This document shows positions 13,401 to 25,722 of a stretch of DNA of 64,000 nt, piece after piece. Position numbers and translations under genes: made by a program. The stretch lies in NCBI GenBank assembly GCA_030704615.1, contig CM060734.1, forward strand, positions 32,736,001 through 32,800,000, given 5' to 3'. Source of the stretch: Takakia lepidozioides. Taxonomy: Eukaryota > Plantae > Bryophyta. The first letter of the stretch is position 1. Each line of letters starts with the position of its first letter. Under the pieces are notes generated by a model. The model worked only from the letters and a program-made list of their open reading frames with translations. It searched no databases and was not told where the DNA came from.

Positions 13401-15728
13401 CCCAGTATATAATAACTTCTTCTCCTCTCTTGTCTGTCTTCTCTCTCTCAATATGGTTTTAATTGTTGAACTATTGCCCATAGACCCTTGGGGTCCTTGC
13501 GATGTAATATACCTTTTTCCTTCTTTCATCTCTCTGCAAGGTATAAAGTTGATTTCTCTCTTCCTTTCTCTCTATCTAAGTCAGCAAGCCTTGACCCTGC
13601 TGGATAAATCTGACTTAGAGGCTGTAGTGTCCAAAGCCATGTCTGTTGCCAGGAAATTGTCTGATGAAAATGAAGTTAGGCAGAAAACTTCCCTGAACTT
13701 GTTTCCAGTCTGTGACATGGGAGAGCCATCATGGATGACCTCAAGGGTTTACCCACCCTTGGCACTAGACTGAAATTTAAACTCAGGGCGGGAAGCCTAC
13801 CTTTGAACAGAAAACAGAAGCAGAGAGGAAAGGGGGATGGCAAATGCCCATTGTGTGGACAACCTGAAGACAATATTCACTTTCTGATTCATTGTCCTGG
13901 GTACTCTAACCAGAGAGAAGTCCTCTTCAAATCCATCAAGGGAATTGTGCCTGTACCGCTGTTTACCAACTTTGAAAGTCTCGAGGCTGAGCCAAACCTT
14001 TTGGGGCCTAGTTACTTGGCAAACCACACACAGTAGATTGATACTTGTATAACGGGGTTTGTAGAGGATGTCTGGAAAACTCGGATCCATTGTCTGTTCG
14101 AAGGTAAGTCATACTACCAGTGTCAGCCCCTGACAAAGGTAGTTTCTGTCCTTTTGTGTTCCGCTCAATCCGAGCGCGGGGTCAATGGCCACAAGGCTAC
14201 GGAAAACAACGTCTTATGAGTACATTCTATCTTGGTCCTCCAATCCTGCATACTACAGGGTCTGATTCTTTTTCTCTTTAGAGACTCCCAGTCTTTGGCG
14301 TAAGGTTTCAGCTTTGAGGACCCAAAGTGAATGGCAGCCTACCTGCTACAGGCACTTGTCTTGGGCGTCATTTGATGTTTTCTGAAGTGGTTCATTGTTG
14401 GTCTACCTTGTCCCTTGGGGCCCCCCTGTGGCTGCTATGAAGTTTCTTTTCTTTCTTTGCATTTCTGTGTCTTTCCCTTGTTCTTCCTCTCTCTCCCCAC
14501 TTTTCTGAACACTGGCAGGGCAATCACAGCCGGCACAGGGCCCCATTTTCTGAGGAGCAACCCTCAGATCAAAATTATGATTTCTACTCAATGCCAGCCA
14601 ATAAAAAACCACTCTACTCCACATAACCAGATTGTCATTTGTTGTTGGCTAGCAGTACTGCACATTGTGGTTGAAGCACCCTTGTGAGCTGAATACCTGC
14701 AACCGGCTCTGGGACTATGCAGCACGCGTGCTCTCAAAGGTCGTTATAGCTCAGCTTCCCCATGTGATTAGTCTATAAGCACAACTCTCTCTCTCTCTCT
14801 CTCTCTCCCTCCCTCTCAGTGAGAAGGGGAGCATACCCAGTTTGTTATGGGTGATGTCCAGTGTTCGTACAGCTGATGCTAACTCCATCACATCCATTGG
14901 CAATTCCTGCAATGTCACTCTATTGCACTTCAGCTACAGGTAGAGAGAGTGCAATCACAAGATCCAACGATAGAGGCAAGATCCGAAAGATGGTTATTAG
15001 CTTAGGTTTCCCTTCAGTCTATGAGGAGGTGGGTAACGGAAGTGGGGACTTCAGGGGGCCCAGTATGCAGGCTGGAATACAACAAAGTTAAGACTCAACA
15101 AAAGCACAATCAGGAGGGACAATTGAATGTAGTCTATGTATACAAATCACCGCTTGCACATAAGACTGGTACCCTCCTTGAGTGCAGGCTTTCAGATGGG
15201 AAATCCCCGCACTTGCAACCTATGGGTGATTAATAGTTGCTGTTGAGATTTGGACCAATGAGAAGACCTGGATTCTCTCACAAATTGACAACCCAATACA
15301 GTCCCAAAACATCATAGTAATCATCTCATGTGTAAAATGTGCATTCCTACACAACAACAAAAAAAAAGGTTTGGAGCTCGTTTCTCAAACTGAGGTGATA
15401 ATGGGATCCAACTCTCTTTTTTCTGTCAGATTGTTAGCCTGACACGAGCTACCCATCAACTAACCAGGGGTAATTCCGAGTGTACATAGTGGATGCACTG
15501 ATGACAATGCCAACATTGAAGCTACACAGCCAGGATCCCAAAACAAAATCCCATTTTTGCAACCGTAATTGCCCAATCAAACATTCCAAATTGGACCAAG
15601 GAAACCTGACTGAAGGGTGAAAAGACCTTTAGGTGTGAATCTCGCAAGCCAACAATGCCAGTGTTCTTCCACTTCGTAGCCCGATCAGCTCGACTGAGGC
15701 CCGCAGCCTTGCCCTGGCAGCAACCCAT
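10429..15728 (-). CDS. LRRC57-like intracellular leucine-rich-repeat protein, 9 exons, 267 aa, N-terminal MGCC acylation motif
   Basis: Exons 15627-15728, 14837-14906, 12895-12941, 12645-12753, 12239-12324, 11991-12081, 11297-11382, 10907-10993, 10429-10554 join in frame (804 nt). Motifs 'WKNTGIVGLRDSHLK' and 'FEERRKKKHDKQLD'. Confidence 0.9.
13582..14224 (+). mobile_element. 3' fragment of the same RTEX-like LINE family, antisense in an LRR-gene intron
   Basis: Closely similar to 1510-2090 (LKFKLRAGSLPLN, CPLCGQPEDNIHFLIHC) and ends in the same ...gtcttatgagtac terminus. Confidence 0.9.
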
Positions 15729-16929
15729 TTCCAATTTCTAGATGCAGTCTTGAAGCCGTGTCCCAGCATATAACTTGAGGATCTGGAGTAGAATTCTTCC
15801 AAATAAAGTACTCCGGAAGCTAGCCCACCACTAGGAAAATTGCTGTAGATAGTCAGCTAAAGAGAAACTGCAACGCTTCCTAGCGGGGGCCAGGAAGAGT
15901 CCATCAAACTCAACTTGGGCACAGCTGAAGCTATGAGGGTAGACCGGACTGAAAAGGAATGTTTCGTCCCTAAATGCGACGGATGTAGACACTAGCCACA
16001 GCCACCACCATCATTCAGGTGAGCTCCAAGTTCAGAGGATCCAATAAAGAAAGGAAGATGAAGATAGAATCCGCTTAAGGCTAAACTACGGTGCCTAAAC
16101 TTAGGTCAAGAGTCAAGAGCCAAAGTTTGTCAAAGGAAGTCTGACATATTTTTAATTAACAAGATCAACTTTGGTCTTTGCACAATAATGGAGAAGGGAG
16201 GGGGCATCGGAATCTGACATTCTCTGGGTACTTTAGGGCAAACGATAATCTTTCTTGTTAATCAACTTAACTTACCTTTGCCAAGTATGTAACACTCTCT
16301 TTTCTGCGGAAGTGTGTTTGTAACTGGGTTGTTTCGTTGTTTCCCGCTGTTTCTGAAGAAAGATCCAAAATAGGGCTTTGATTTGAAAGTGGGTTGATGT
16401 TTCCTTCTCTGTTGTCATGGCCTGCCAGATATGCTTGTGTGGCCCCCAAGAGGTTCCTATTCCTTTGGAGCCCTCTACATACTCTAAGCTTGAAAGCTGT
16501 GATTGTGGTGAGGATGAAGAAAAGGTGTTGCTGGCAGCATTCAGGGAAGCCCGGGCGGAGGTGAGACATGCGATGCTAGGGAACGGTAGGTGAACCCAGC
16601 TTTAACCTTTTTGTGATCCCTTGAGCTGAAGTTAGCCCACCTTTAGGTCTGAATTGCATAAAAATGTTCCAGTCAACTGAAACTTTACATTTTCAAACCA
16701 ACTCAAGATATGAACTTAAGTTTGTAGATTATCTCTAGAAGATTTTAGACCAGCATAAGCAGAGCAAGGATTACCAAAAATGATACCCTCTGGCTCTGCG
16801 CAAGCCCACTGTAGTAATGGGAACTTGCAGAGGATAAGCCGCCAAGGCAGTGGATGGGGCATTTATATTGGCCTACTGACAGCTTGGGTCTAAAGGTAAA
16901 CTCCTGAAAGCTCAACCAGAGAATCGTAC

Positions 16930-17105
16930 TTCCTGAATTTCCACCTAGCAGCAGCAGGCACTTCAACAGGGCGCAGGTTCTCTTGCTTCCAGCCCTTCAG
17001 TGCATCCAAAGCTGTGAAATAGATCTTGATGCCGGTGGTTTCATGCAACAGCTGTCTTCAAAAACCATCTCCAGTACATGGGGCGTTCCCAGCATCTTCT
17101 CAAAC
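16930..17105 (-). pseudogene. Inverted exon of a TIP41-like pseudogene
   Basis: AG/GT-bounded exon reading FEKMLGTPHVLEMVFED..IYFTALDALKGWKQENLRPVEVPAAARWKFR with a frameshift. Confidence 0.8.
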
Positions 17106-17377
17106 CTGCTTTCCACATACCCCAGGCATTTCCTCACTTCCTCCACAAATATTATCTGCATCCACCTACCTATAATTGATCCAAAGCTTACTAGAGGTCC
17201 AACAGGCCATCATTCTACCTTCACTTGTCTACCTCAGAGAGCTGCTCGCAGCTACACACCAAGCTTTAATCTAACCTTCCCCACCCTCTCTTTCTTCTTT
17301 GTGTCTTGATTCAGTACAAATAAAAACCCATGTAGGCGTCTTGCAACCTTGATGACGAAATGAGTGCACCCAGAAGA

Positions 17378-17765
17378 ATGTACTCATAATACGATGTTTG
17401 CTGTAGCCTTGTGGCCATAGGCCCCACGCCCAGTTTGGACAGAACTAAACAGATACTACCTTTGTGAGGGGCTCACTCCGGTAGTGTGCACTCAGAAAGA
17501 ATGTACTCATAAGATGATGTATGCCGTCGCCTTGTGGCCACAGATCCCGCAGCACCCAGTTTGGGCTGAACAAAATGGAGAAGAAACTACCTTTGTGAGG
17601 GGCTCACTCCGGCAGTGTGACCTACCTTGATAAAGACAATTAGTTTGGGTTTTCCAGATATCCTCTAGAAAGCCCTTCACACAAGCATCAACTTGTTGTG
17701 TGCGAGCTGCCCGGCAATTATACCCCAAGAGGGCCAGGGCTGTAGGCTCAGCTGTGCACTCAAAG
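17378..17765 (-). mobile_element. LINE 3' end of the same family with a tandemly duplicated ~125-bp terminus
   Basis: Two consecutive copies of the terminal unit (17378-17490 and 17500-17625), followed by sequence matching 1660-1765. Confidence 0.8.
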
Positions 17766-17899
17766 AGAGAGACGGAAAGAAGGGAATGGAATGGTGCTTT
17801 AAAACCTCCGCGGAAAGCTCATAGAGCTTATGGGACAAAATGGAAGAAAACATAAGAGAGGAAACAAAATCAGAGCCAAAAATAAAAACTATTGCTCGA

Positions 17900-18170
17900 G
17901 TGATTGTCTAAAGGTGAAGGCCTCATGCAGGTAAGCTGCCAAGCATTTCTGATCCTCATAGTGGAAGACTTCAGTGAGAGATTGGGTCCTGCGGAATAGA
18001 CAGTGGAATCTCCCACGGATCTCGTAGTATAGAGGCAATAGAAGAAGAAGTGTTCTTCAGTTTCAATTTCCCGGTTGCGCCCTGTGCAAGCTGGACATAG
18101 GGGGTCCTCCCCTTGCAGGTTTTCACATCTATCAGTCTCTATCCGTAGGTTGTGGGAGCCCACCCTGACC
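17900..18170 (-). mobile_element. C-terminal fragment of a second LINE family
   Basis: RVGSHNLRIETDR...CPAC...ETEEHFFFYC, typical of the RTEX/L2-like ORF2 C-terminus. Confidence 0.7.
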
Positions 18171-19100
18171 CCCCCAATGCCCTCAGGAGGAAGAAAGTTT
18201 ATCATGTCTGCGGGAGGCAGAGGGCCAATGGGACCCTGTAGAACATCCTAGTAGAACCACAGAAACCAATGAGAAACTCAGAATCAACAGTTGTGTGAAG
18301 GCAGAGTGCCTCATGCACAGAGACAGAGAGAGAGGACGTCTTATCCACACCTCCATGGTTGTCTGTAAATTGGTGTTTTGATAGAAAAAATTCCCTGTCA
18401 ATTGGTCATCTCTAACTGCACTTTTGAAAATGTGCTTGAAAGTTTTATGATTTTTCATTACACAGATGCCTTCGCCCTGCGACCCTACACCTGGCCCAGA
18501 CAATCTGAGTCTGAGCTGCCATACTTGTCTCACTTCCCATTTGCCAGATTAAACTTTAAATCCAGCTGGATCGAGACTATCCAATGTGACCATTTACCTT
18601 GAGTAACCGTGGGTGCGGTCAGACTAAGCAAAACAAGGAGCGCATATTTTCAAATGCATACTGGAGAGTTCAATTGGAAGTTCTTCAGTTAAAGCGGGGC
18701 ATCTTAGCATAAACACGAACTGAGCAGCGTGAGACTTACATGATAATTCTGGGCCACATCAACTTAGCCTGGCTACCAAGCATGCAGGGTTTTCATGTGG
18801 GGTTTATCTCCTGAATAGAAGTCCAGTACAAGGCCTGGGACCAAGTTTACCCTCTGGCAGTGGATAGTCTAATGCATTGATTATTGGGGTTGTGGGTAGT
18901 GAATGGAAGCTCCTCTCACATTTAGGGGTACAGGTATGCCAGGTCAAGTGATGTTGAGTATACGGGTCAAGTTTTTACATGAGTAGGCTGACCACTTTGT
19001 TGCATACTGCAAAGAGAGTTTGATCTATACACGTACGTTTGCTTGGTTCTCCATATGATTCTGTGCATTAGATTTGGTTTTGGTGATGAGAATGTGGCAG

Positions 19101-20720
19101 CAAGCCTAGTGAGCAGGTGATCCTGGACTACGATTACAATTTTACCACTGCTTAAGTCTGTGGCAGTGAGTGTGACAGGTACTCACTTGGCTCTAGTCTC
19201 GTGGCTTTGCGTGCTAGTGAATGTCATATTCTTAAAAACCTGGCAGCTGACATGGCACAATCTGACCACCTCGTCTATGACAGAGTACTTGGGTCTGTGT
19301 TCCTTCTGGTGCTTGCACTTGAGAGGGTTATGGGCACCCAGTGGCCATGAATGTACCTAAAGCGATCAGGATGGCAAACAGGAACATTCACTATGTTTCT
19401 CAATCTGCACATGTGAGACTGCTGTTGCCAACCAATTATTTGTAGTCAATGAAACAGGATTTGGTCGCCACGAGTGATAGGCCTGCTGCAGATGTAGCTT
19501 TGGAGTGGGTGGAATGCGAGGACAGCATTGACATGCTCACCCTGCAAGCCAAGGACCCAATCTTGTTCTGCGATGAGGTATTGTCGGATTCCAGCATTTT
19601 TCTTGGATGCCATCAAGGTTTCTCTTTGAGCTCCCAAAAAGACGAATCCAAAAGTGATATCCGATTTCTTTATATGCCAAGAGTGCCACTGTGTATGAGA
19701 ACTTCGCAATCTACATGAAGGAATCAATCTCTTTTACTTATTATCCACTCCTATAAGGCTTCAGCATAGCTAAACTTCATTGTGGAAATTTGATGGCATT
19801 TCATAATGTGCTGTAGTGTTCTGAGGAGCAGGGCAAAACTCGAGCCTGCAAGACTCCAGTGCCACTCCTTCAAACAGTGGATATTATTTATGTAAGTTGA
19901 CTGTCTATTACAACAGGTTTGTTAAGATACAGTGCAGGTGGTGTTGTATGAAGACGAGTTAGCAGATAAGAGGGTCGCTCTCTTGTCAATCGAAGTGGTA
20001 GGTTTGCTCACTGCCTTCCATGTCCATTTGAAGGAATACGTTTTTGTAATGTGCAACCTGCAAAACCATAATCTTTTGATACATTCCATAAATGCAGGTA
20101 ACTTTAATGCTGTGTCATGTACCTTTCTTCTTCAGAGTGGATAGCTAAGGTGGCTGCCTGTAGTTGGATTCTGCAGAGAGTAATGCGACTTTGTTGGTTT
20201 CTCCTTCTGCAATTCTGGGTAGGTTACTATTCACCAGTTCTATTTTGGCATCCGAACTGAATGCAACCCATATTTCTCGAGCTCTTGAAGACACCAAACC
20301 ATGAGACTCATCTTGTGGAGATGTCTTTCTTCAAATGCGTATCCCTGCAGCCTTTGACCTGCCGTTGATTGGGTGCTTTGTTGACTGGTTGGGCATTTTG
20401 TCAGCTGCGAGTTGGAGTGCTGATGAGAGACACGTGCATGTTCTGTGCTTTCCAAATGTGTCCCACCAGAAATCCATTAGTCATTTGGGAACGCTGCAAT
20501 AAAGAAAGTTTCCAAGCCCTTGCTATGGTAAACCTCACTGCCCTCCATGACATTGCAGATAAGGTTGATGGGATTACAAAAAAACTTGTATGTTGCATTA
20601 TTTCTACTCTCTAACAGCTCTTACCATGGCCATACTGCAGAGAAGGTCTTCTATCGATCCAGTGGGTGACAGACTTCAAACATGCTGGCAGACATGTGAA
20701 AAGCTGATTTTCAAAACCAA
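19101..20720 (+). pseudogene. TIP41-like (PP2A/TOR regulator) pseudogene, downstream exons
   Basis: Exon remnants KPSEQVILDYDYNFTTA*VCGSE (in-frame stop), WVECEDSIDMLTLQAKDPILFCDE, VVLYEDELADK, RVMRLCWFLLLQFW, LRVGVLMRDT; contains stops and indels. Confidence 0.85.
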
Positions 20721-22979
20721 CCAAATAGCACTTGATTTGTAGTATTGCAGCTTCACTACAGCAATCCTCTTCAGAGATCACACTACTGACTTCTTGCCCC
20801 ACTTCATGGCAAATTCATTTGCAAAACCATTTGTGGCTTGTAAATCACTTTTTGTTTTATTCTTATCCCTATGGTAGGATGAGAAAGAAGATGCATCTAT
20901 CAGTCCGAAGGAAACATACATACAAACCTTTCAAAAATTAAAATAAGAAGTACCTATAGTCACACTGCATGGTGGCGATGATGACAAGACTGGGAAGGTG
21001 ACGATCCCCACTTGTTGATGGCCCAAGGCTCTACACAATCACTGAAAAGTTTCAGCAAAGTAGTATGTACTGTAATTGGCAATAAGCTTTGATTGTGAGC
21101 TGCACCTGCCGAAGTTGGGAGTTTCTTTAGCAATGCATGGATATGTTAGAAGTGATCCAGTGTGGGGCTGCTTCTGCCTTCCAACACAATAAGCAGAAGA
21201 GGACAAAAACCACTGGTAATACAGTGTCACTTTGCAGTTCCATTTTTACACTAGATTCTGTGGGATACTGTGAAAAAAGTTCCCAATAGCAAAATATGTG
21301 GATACATGATTCAGGGAAAAGTGTGGGGTGACTCCACTCCACAATTCTTTCAGTTCATCCACCAATGGTCGCATATACACATCCATGACTTTGACTTGCT
21401 TTTCCCCTATATCAGCAGACTTTTGGTGCTATGCTTATTTAGTCTTTGAGGGCCCATTTAGGCTCGCCGCCGACACCTAGACTTGGAAAAAGTTTGGAGC
21501 ATTCCCATTAGCCAATTGCATTTTCTCGGGTCGCCTTGGATTCATAGTACCGCCCAAGACCAAGAAAGTGGAAATGAAATGGGCCTCTAGGTGCGGGAGA
21601 TTGTTGGTCTATGGACCAACAAAAAAAACTACATGTGGGTTGTTTGTTTTGAAGGACCAACTTTCGGAAGCTCCTCGGGAAAGAGAACAATAAACAAACT
21701 GTTTTCCCAAGCGATCCCGGCCGCCGTTCGAAATGAATTCTCTAGAAAGTGTAGAGGCAAGAAGCTCGGTCTACATGATACTACCATTTTATATGCATCT
21801 AAGGTCCAAGAGTGGACCAAACATGGTCTAAATTCGGCCGCATTGTCACTTGGTCTTGGTCCCTTGCGTAAAGCAACCCTTGTCAAAGTCCTCCCATGTT
21901 GTGAATAATATATATATATTCTCCCGGTAAATAGATACCGATGACTTAGAGAATGGATGGATGAGAGATTCAGACGGATGAATGAGCTAAACATGGATAA
22001 GTTCTGGGCATGGGGAATCTAGAGGGTGATTAAATCGGAATGATTGTGGTTACGTGTCTGGCAGCCTGCCCGGAGGATCATGGGGTGTTATGGGGCGGTC
22101 AGACGGTGCAGGGCAGAGGGCAGGCCGATAATTCACACGCCGGATGGATGAAAGGGTGGCCCTAATTGGGCAGCTCCAATAATGGGCCCTGCGCCCTGCA
22201 CTAACACGGCCAATTACCGCGCTCTGCTCTTTATTACCCCCCTTATTTTTGTCCCTCCCTTTTCTCTCGCCCGTGGCCCCCACCACCCGCCGTACCCTAG
22301 GGTCAACTGTTTCTCACCAGCCATATTTTTGTCGATATTGTGTACCTTAAAAGGGACAATCATGTATATCGAGGGAGGGAGGGACTGTCCAAGTGTATGA
22401 GGTACCATGGCCGGGAAAAATAACTTAACCCTGCAAAAAGGGCAGCGGGCAGCCATAAGCAGCCAAGGCCACCGACAGACAAGCCAAGGGACAAAAGAAA
22501 AAAAGTATGACGCCTCCCAAATGAAGAGTAAATTATGGTGTGGCAAGGAAGGTGGACACCTTTGTGGATTGGTGGATTGAACCCACAACCACTTCCAAGG
22601 TGATATGTCACGGGGCTACAACTTGGTTGTCCCAAGGGACAAACAACTAAAGAGGCAGAGAAGTTGGGGGAGGAAGAAATCAGTGGTGAGGAAACATTCG
22701 GCGGGATATTGTTTTGGGGATGGGGAACATTTAGGGGGACGGAAAACCTGGTGGTGAACAAGGTAAGCAGGTTGACTCTTGCCAAATCAAGCCTATCTTA
22801 TGGCCCATGTCACTTCACCTCACAAAAGGCTAGTACCTTACCGCACATAATGTTCAGGAATATTGCATTTAATACAATGTTCATTTGTTCATTCCACCTT
22901 TTAATTTGTTGAGAAGCCTCCATGATTCTATTTTTTATTTATTTTCTTGAAAGACGCTCATTTCCCCGCCTCATGGGCC

Positions 22980-23232
22980 GAAATTGTGAGCAGTCGTTCC
23001 CATGTTTGGAGCATTGTTGCGTGGAGGTTTGACGCTCATTTCCCTGCCTCCTGTCATAAGGGTCGGAATTGTTGAGCAGTAGTTCGTTTGGAGCAGTGTT
23101 GCACGGAGGTTTGGCACTCATTTCGTCTCTGACCCCCCTCTCCCTGCGGTCCCAACCTCCTGTAGTAATAAGGGCTGGAATTGTGAGAGTCGTTCCCATG
23201 TTTGGAGCATTGTTGCGCGGAGGTTTGACTCC
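22980..23232. repeat. Three imperfect direct repeats (~55 bp), probable transposon remnant
   Basis: Unit gaattgtgag..gtcgttcccatgtttggagcattgttgcg(t/c)ggaggtttg at ~22980, ~23066 and ~23178. Confidence 0.7.
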
Positions 23233-25722
23233 CATGAGACCTGGGCGGTCCCAACCCGGATATATATATGTGGATCTGCCGGAGGTAAAAAAAGTAAATA
23301 TTTGCCTGTTAGGGACTGCCGGATATGAATAATAATAATATTATTATTATTAAATATTTGACGCCTCCCAAAGGAAGCCTAGATTACGGTGTCTCTTCAC
23401 CGGGAAGGGTTACTGCCCGATATGAAGAGGTCAGATAACCGGATCTGGTTGAGAATCGGTGTTTTTGCTTTTCTTTGTATTTTTTAGTCGGGAACTAGTG
23501 GCCCAAAAGAAGCGCATGTTTATATCCAACTGCCTATAATATCATATACATTAGATTTTTAAGTTTGGGCTACTTTTAATTCATTAGAGTAAACTTGGAC
23601 TTGTTCCATAACCATGGGAGGCCAGCCTAAACATAAACTTCATTTGTCCATAACCACAGAGGCTTAAGAACTTTATTTGTTGTCATCCGACAGCATATTA
23701 GAAACAAAGAAAGCTCCTGATTTGTGAGCCTCCGGTAGCTCCCGCGTATTTCCCTTTTCAAAACAAAAATGTGTGAGGGCGCTTTGACTCACTCTTGCGG
23801 TAAATATATTATATATTTCTGGTCTCCTCCCTAAAAAGAGACCAGGTGCTTTTCTCCTCATGTACCTCCCCAGTTAATACGTAAGAGTCATCTCAGGATG
23901 AATTATTGCATTTTGTGAGTATCGTGGTAAGTAATAAGGACACTGTTATTTTCCTTTGCCAACAGGGGACAGAGGCCCTGAATTAAAAAAGGTGGAAGTC
24001 ACGATCTTGGAATGACACTTAAATTCCATCACATTTAGTTCGATTTTCACAGATAGCACACAGGACACGGTAGCTGGATTTGAGCCCCAAACCACTGGGG
24101 TCCATCGCCTGGGCGAAATGACGGGCCGGGCGGGGGCGCCGGGCACGGTTCAGCTGAAGGGGGGGGCCGGTAACAGGCAGCGTCGGCGTGCCCCGCTGCT
24201 TTTATTACCTGTCCGCCCTCTCTCGCAGTAACTTTGGCGCGCCCTTACTCGGCCCTAAAATTTACGCGCACTTTTTCTGCACCGCATCTCTTACCTGCCC
24301 GCCACTCGTGGTGGACTGCCAGCCGTACCGTCACGACCCGGCCCGCCTTGCATTGCACGGGCCCGTCTGCGGCGAGCGTTCTGGCAGTATAGCCATGCAG
24401 GGCGCGGGTATAGCCAGGAGAGAATACCGTTTTGGACGAGTATCGCCGTGTGTGTAGTTACCGAGGTATGATCTGGTCTGACGGATGAGAGTAGAAAGCG
24501 AGAGTCACGAGGCGCTGGACAGAATACGGGGAAGGGAGGAGGGGGGGGGTAAGAAAGGCCAGGCTGCCAGGGCCCACTGGAGGCTTGTCTTGTCGCTTTA
24601 TAGCGCAGCGCTTGCGTTGCTTCCCCTCATCTCTCCAGCGATTGCTCTGCACCGGGGAGGGTATTGCGGAGCTTTAGTTCCAGATCGTGCCGCGGCTGTA
24701 TCTCAGTTTCTTCTACAGGTTTGTTTGCTCACGTGCGTTTCGAGTTGGTGTTGTTCTTGGGAGTGAAGACTGAAGGTACATTGACGAGGTTAGATTGCCC
24801 GGGGTTTGCCACAGTCGTGCGTGTTTGATGTTGGAAATGAAGTCTTGGTGATGTCCTAGATGTGATCTGAGAGCTTGTGATGGAAAAGAGCTTCACTGGT
24901 TAGATCGACCTTGAACGGAAGTGCTGCTGCATTAATAAAACTGCTTTCTAGTCGTTTAGTTTGCGAACGACCAGGGATCTGTAGATTGTCTCTCTTGTCA
25001 CAGGCCAGGGCAGTTTAGATCTGAATCAGTTACCTATGCTCTGGCACTTTTGGTGCTGGTCTGTTGTGTAAAGGTTTGTGAGCGTCGTAACTAACCGCAA
25101 GTATGAAGCACCATTTTCCCGTTGGAGCCTGAGGGAGTGTGGTGTCAATGTGGTAGCTGAGTGACTTTCTTGAAAGAAGATGATGTAACTGTAGAGTCAT
25201 AGAGCAGGCAGGAAGTCATCCTTACAGATTCTTTTTCATAGTTTATTGTACTGTTTCTTGAAGTAGACGAAGCTACTCGAGCGTTAGCACTCCCGAGTAC
25301 ATATGTGTTGAATGGATCTGAGGTTAGCTGAATGGACGTCGGATTTTGTGCTCTTTAGATATGCAACTGACGGTGGGAAGTCTCGTTCATAGTGTGACAT
25401 TTGTGGGGATGATAGTTTTTCTAGTTCGTCTGGGTTCCGTCTCTTTGAAGTTTGGAGTGGATATTGTTTGAATCTTCAATCTTAAACAGATCTCTCTCAT
25501 GACGGTGGTAGCTTCTGGAGGAATGGGCTCATAGTTGTCGTGTTTAGAGTGGATTCGTACCTTCCTATTGAACGAGGTCTGACGCATCTGTCACATCAAT
25601 GAGATGTATGTAGTTTATCTTGGTTGAGCTCGTGGGCAGCCGCTCTGTTGCTTAGTGTGAACGTGGACTGACATTGTTCCTTCCTTCCTTTTTCTTCATG
25701 CAGAGGTAAGCAAGCAGTCACC

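Noticed and set aside
18565-18605. WIETIQCDHLP resembling TIP41
   Set aside because: The real corresponding exon is at 16930-17105 on the minus strand; this match is probably chance.
24485-25703. uORF or riboswitch controlling METE
   Set aside because: The 93-aa ORF starts in probable promoter sequence and runs into the intron; no recognisable riboswitch motif.
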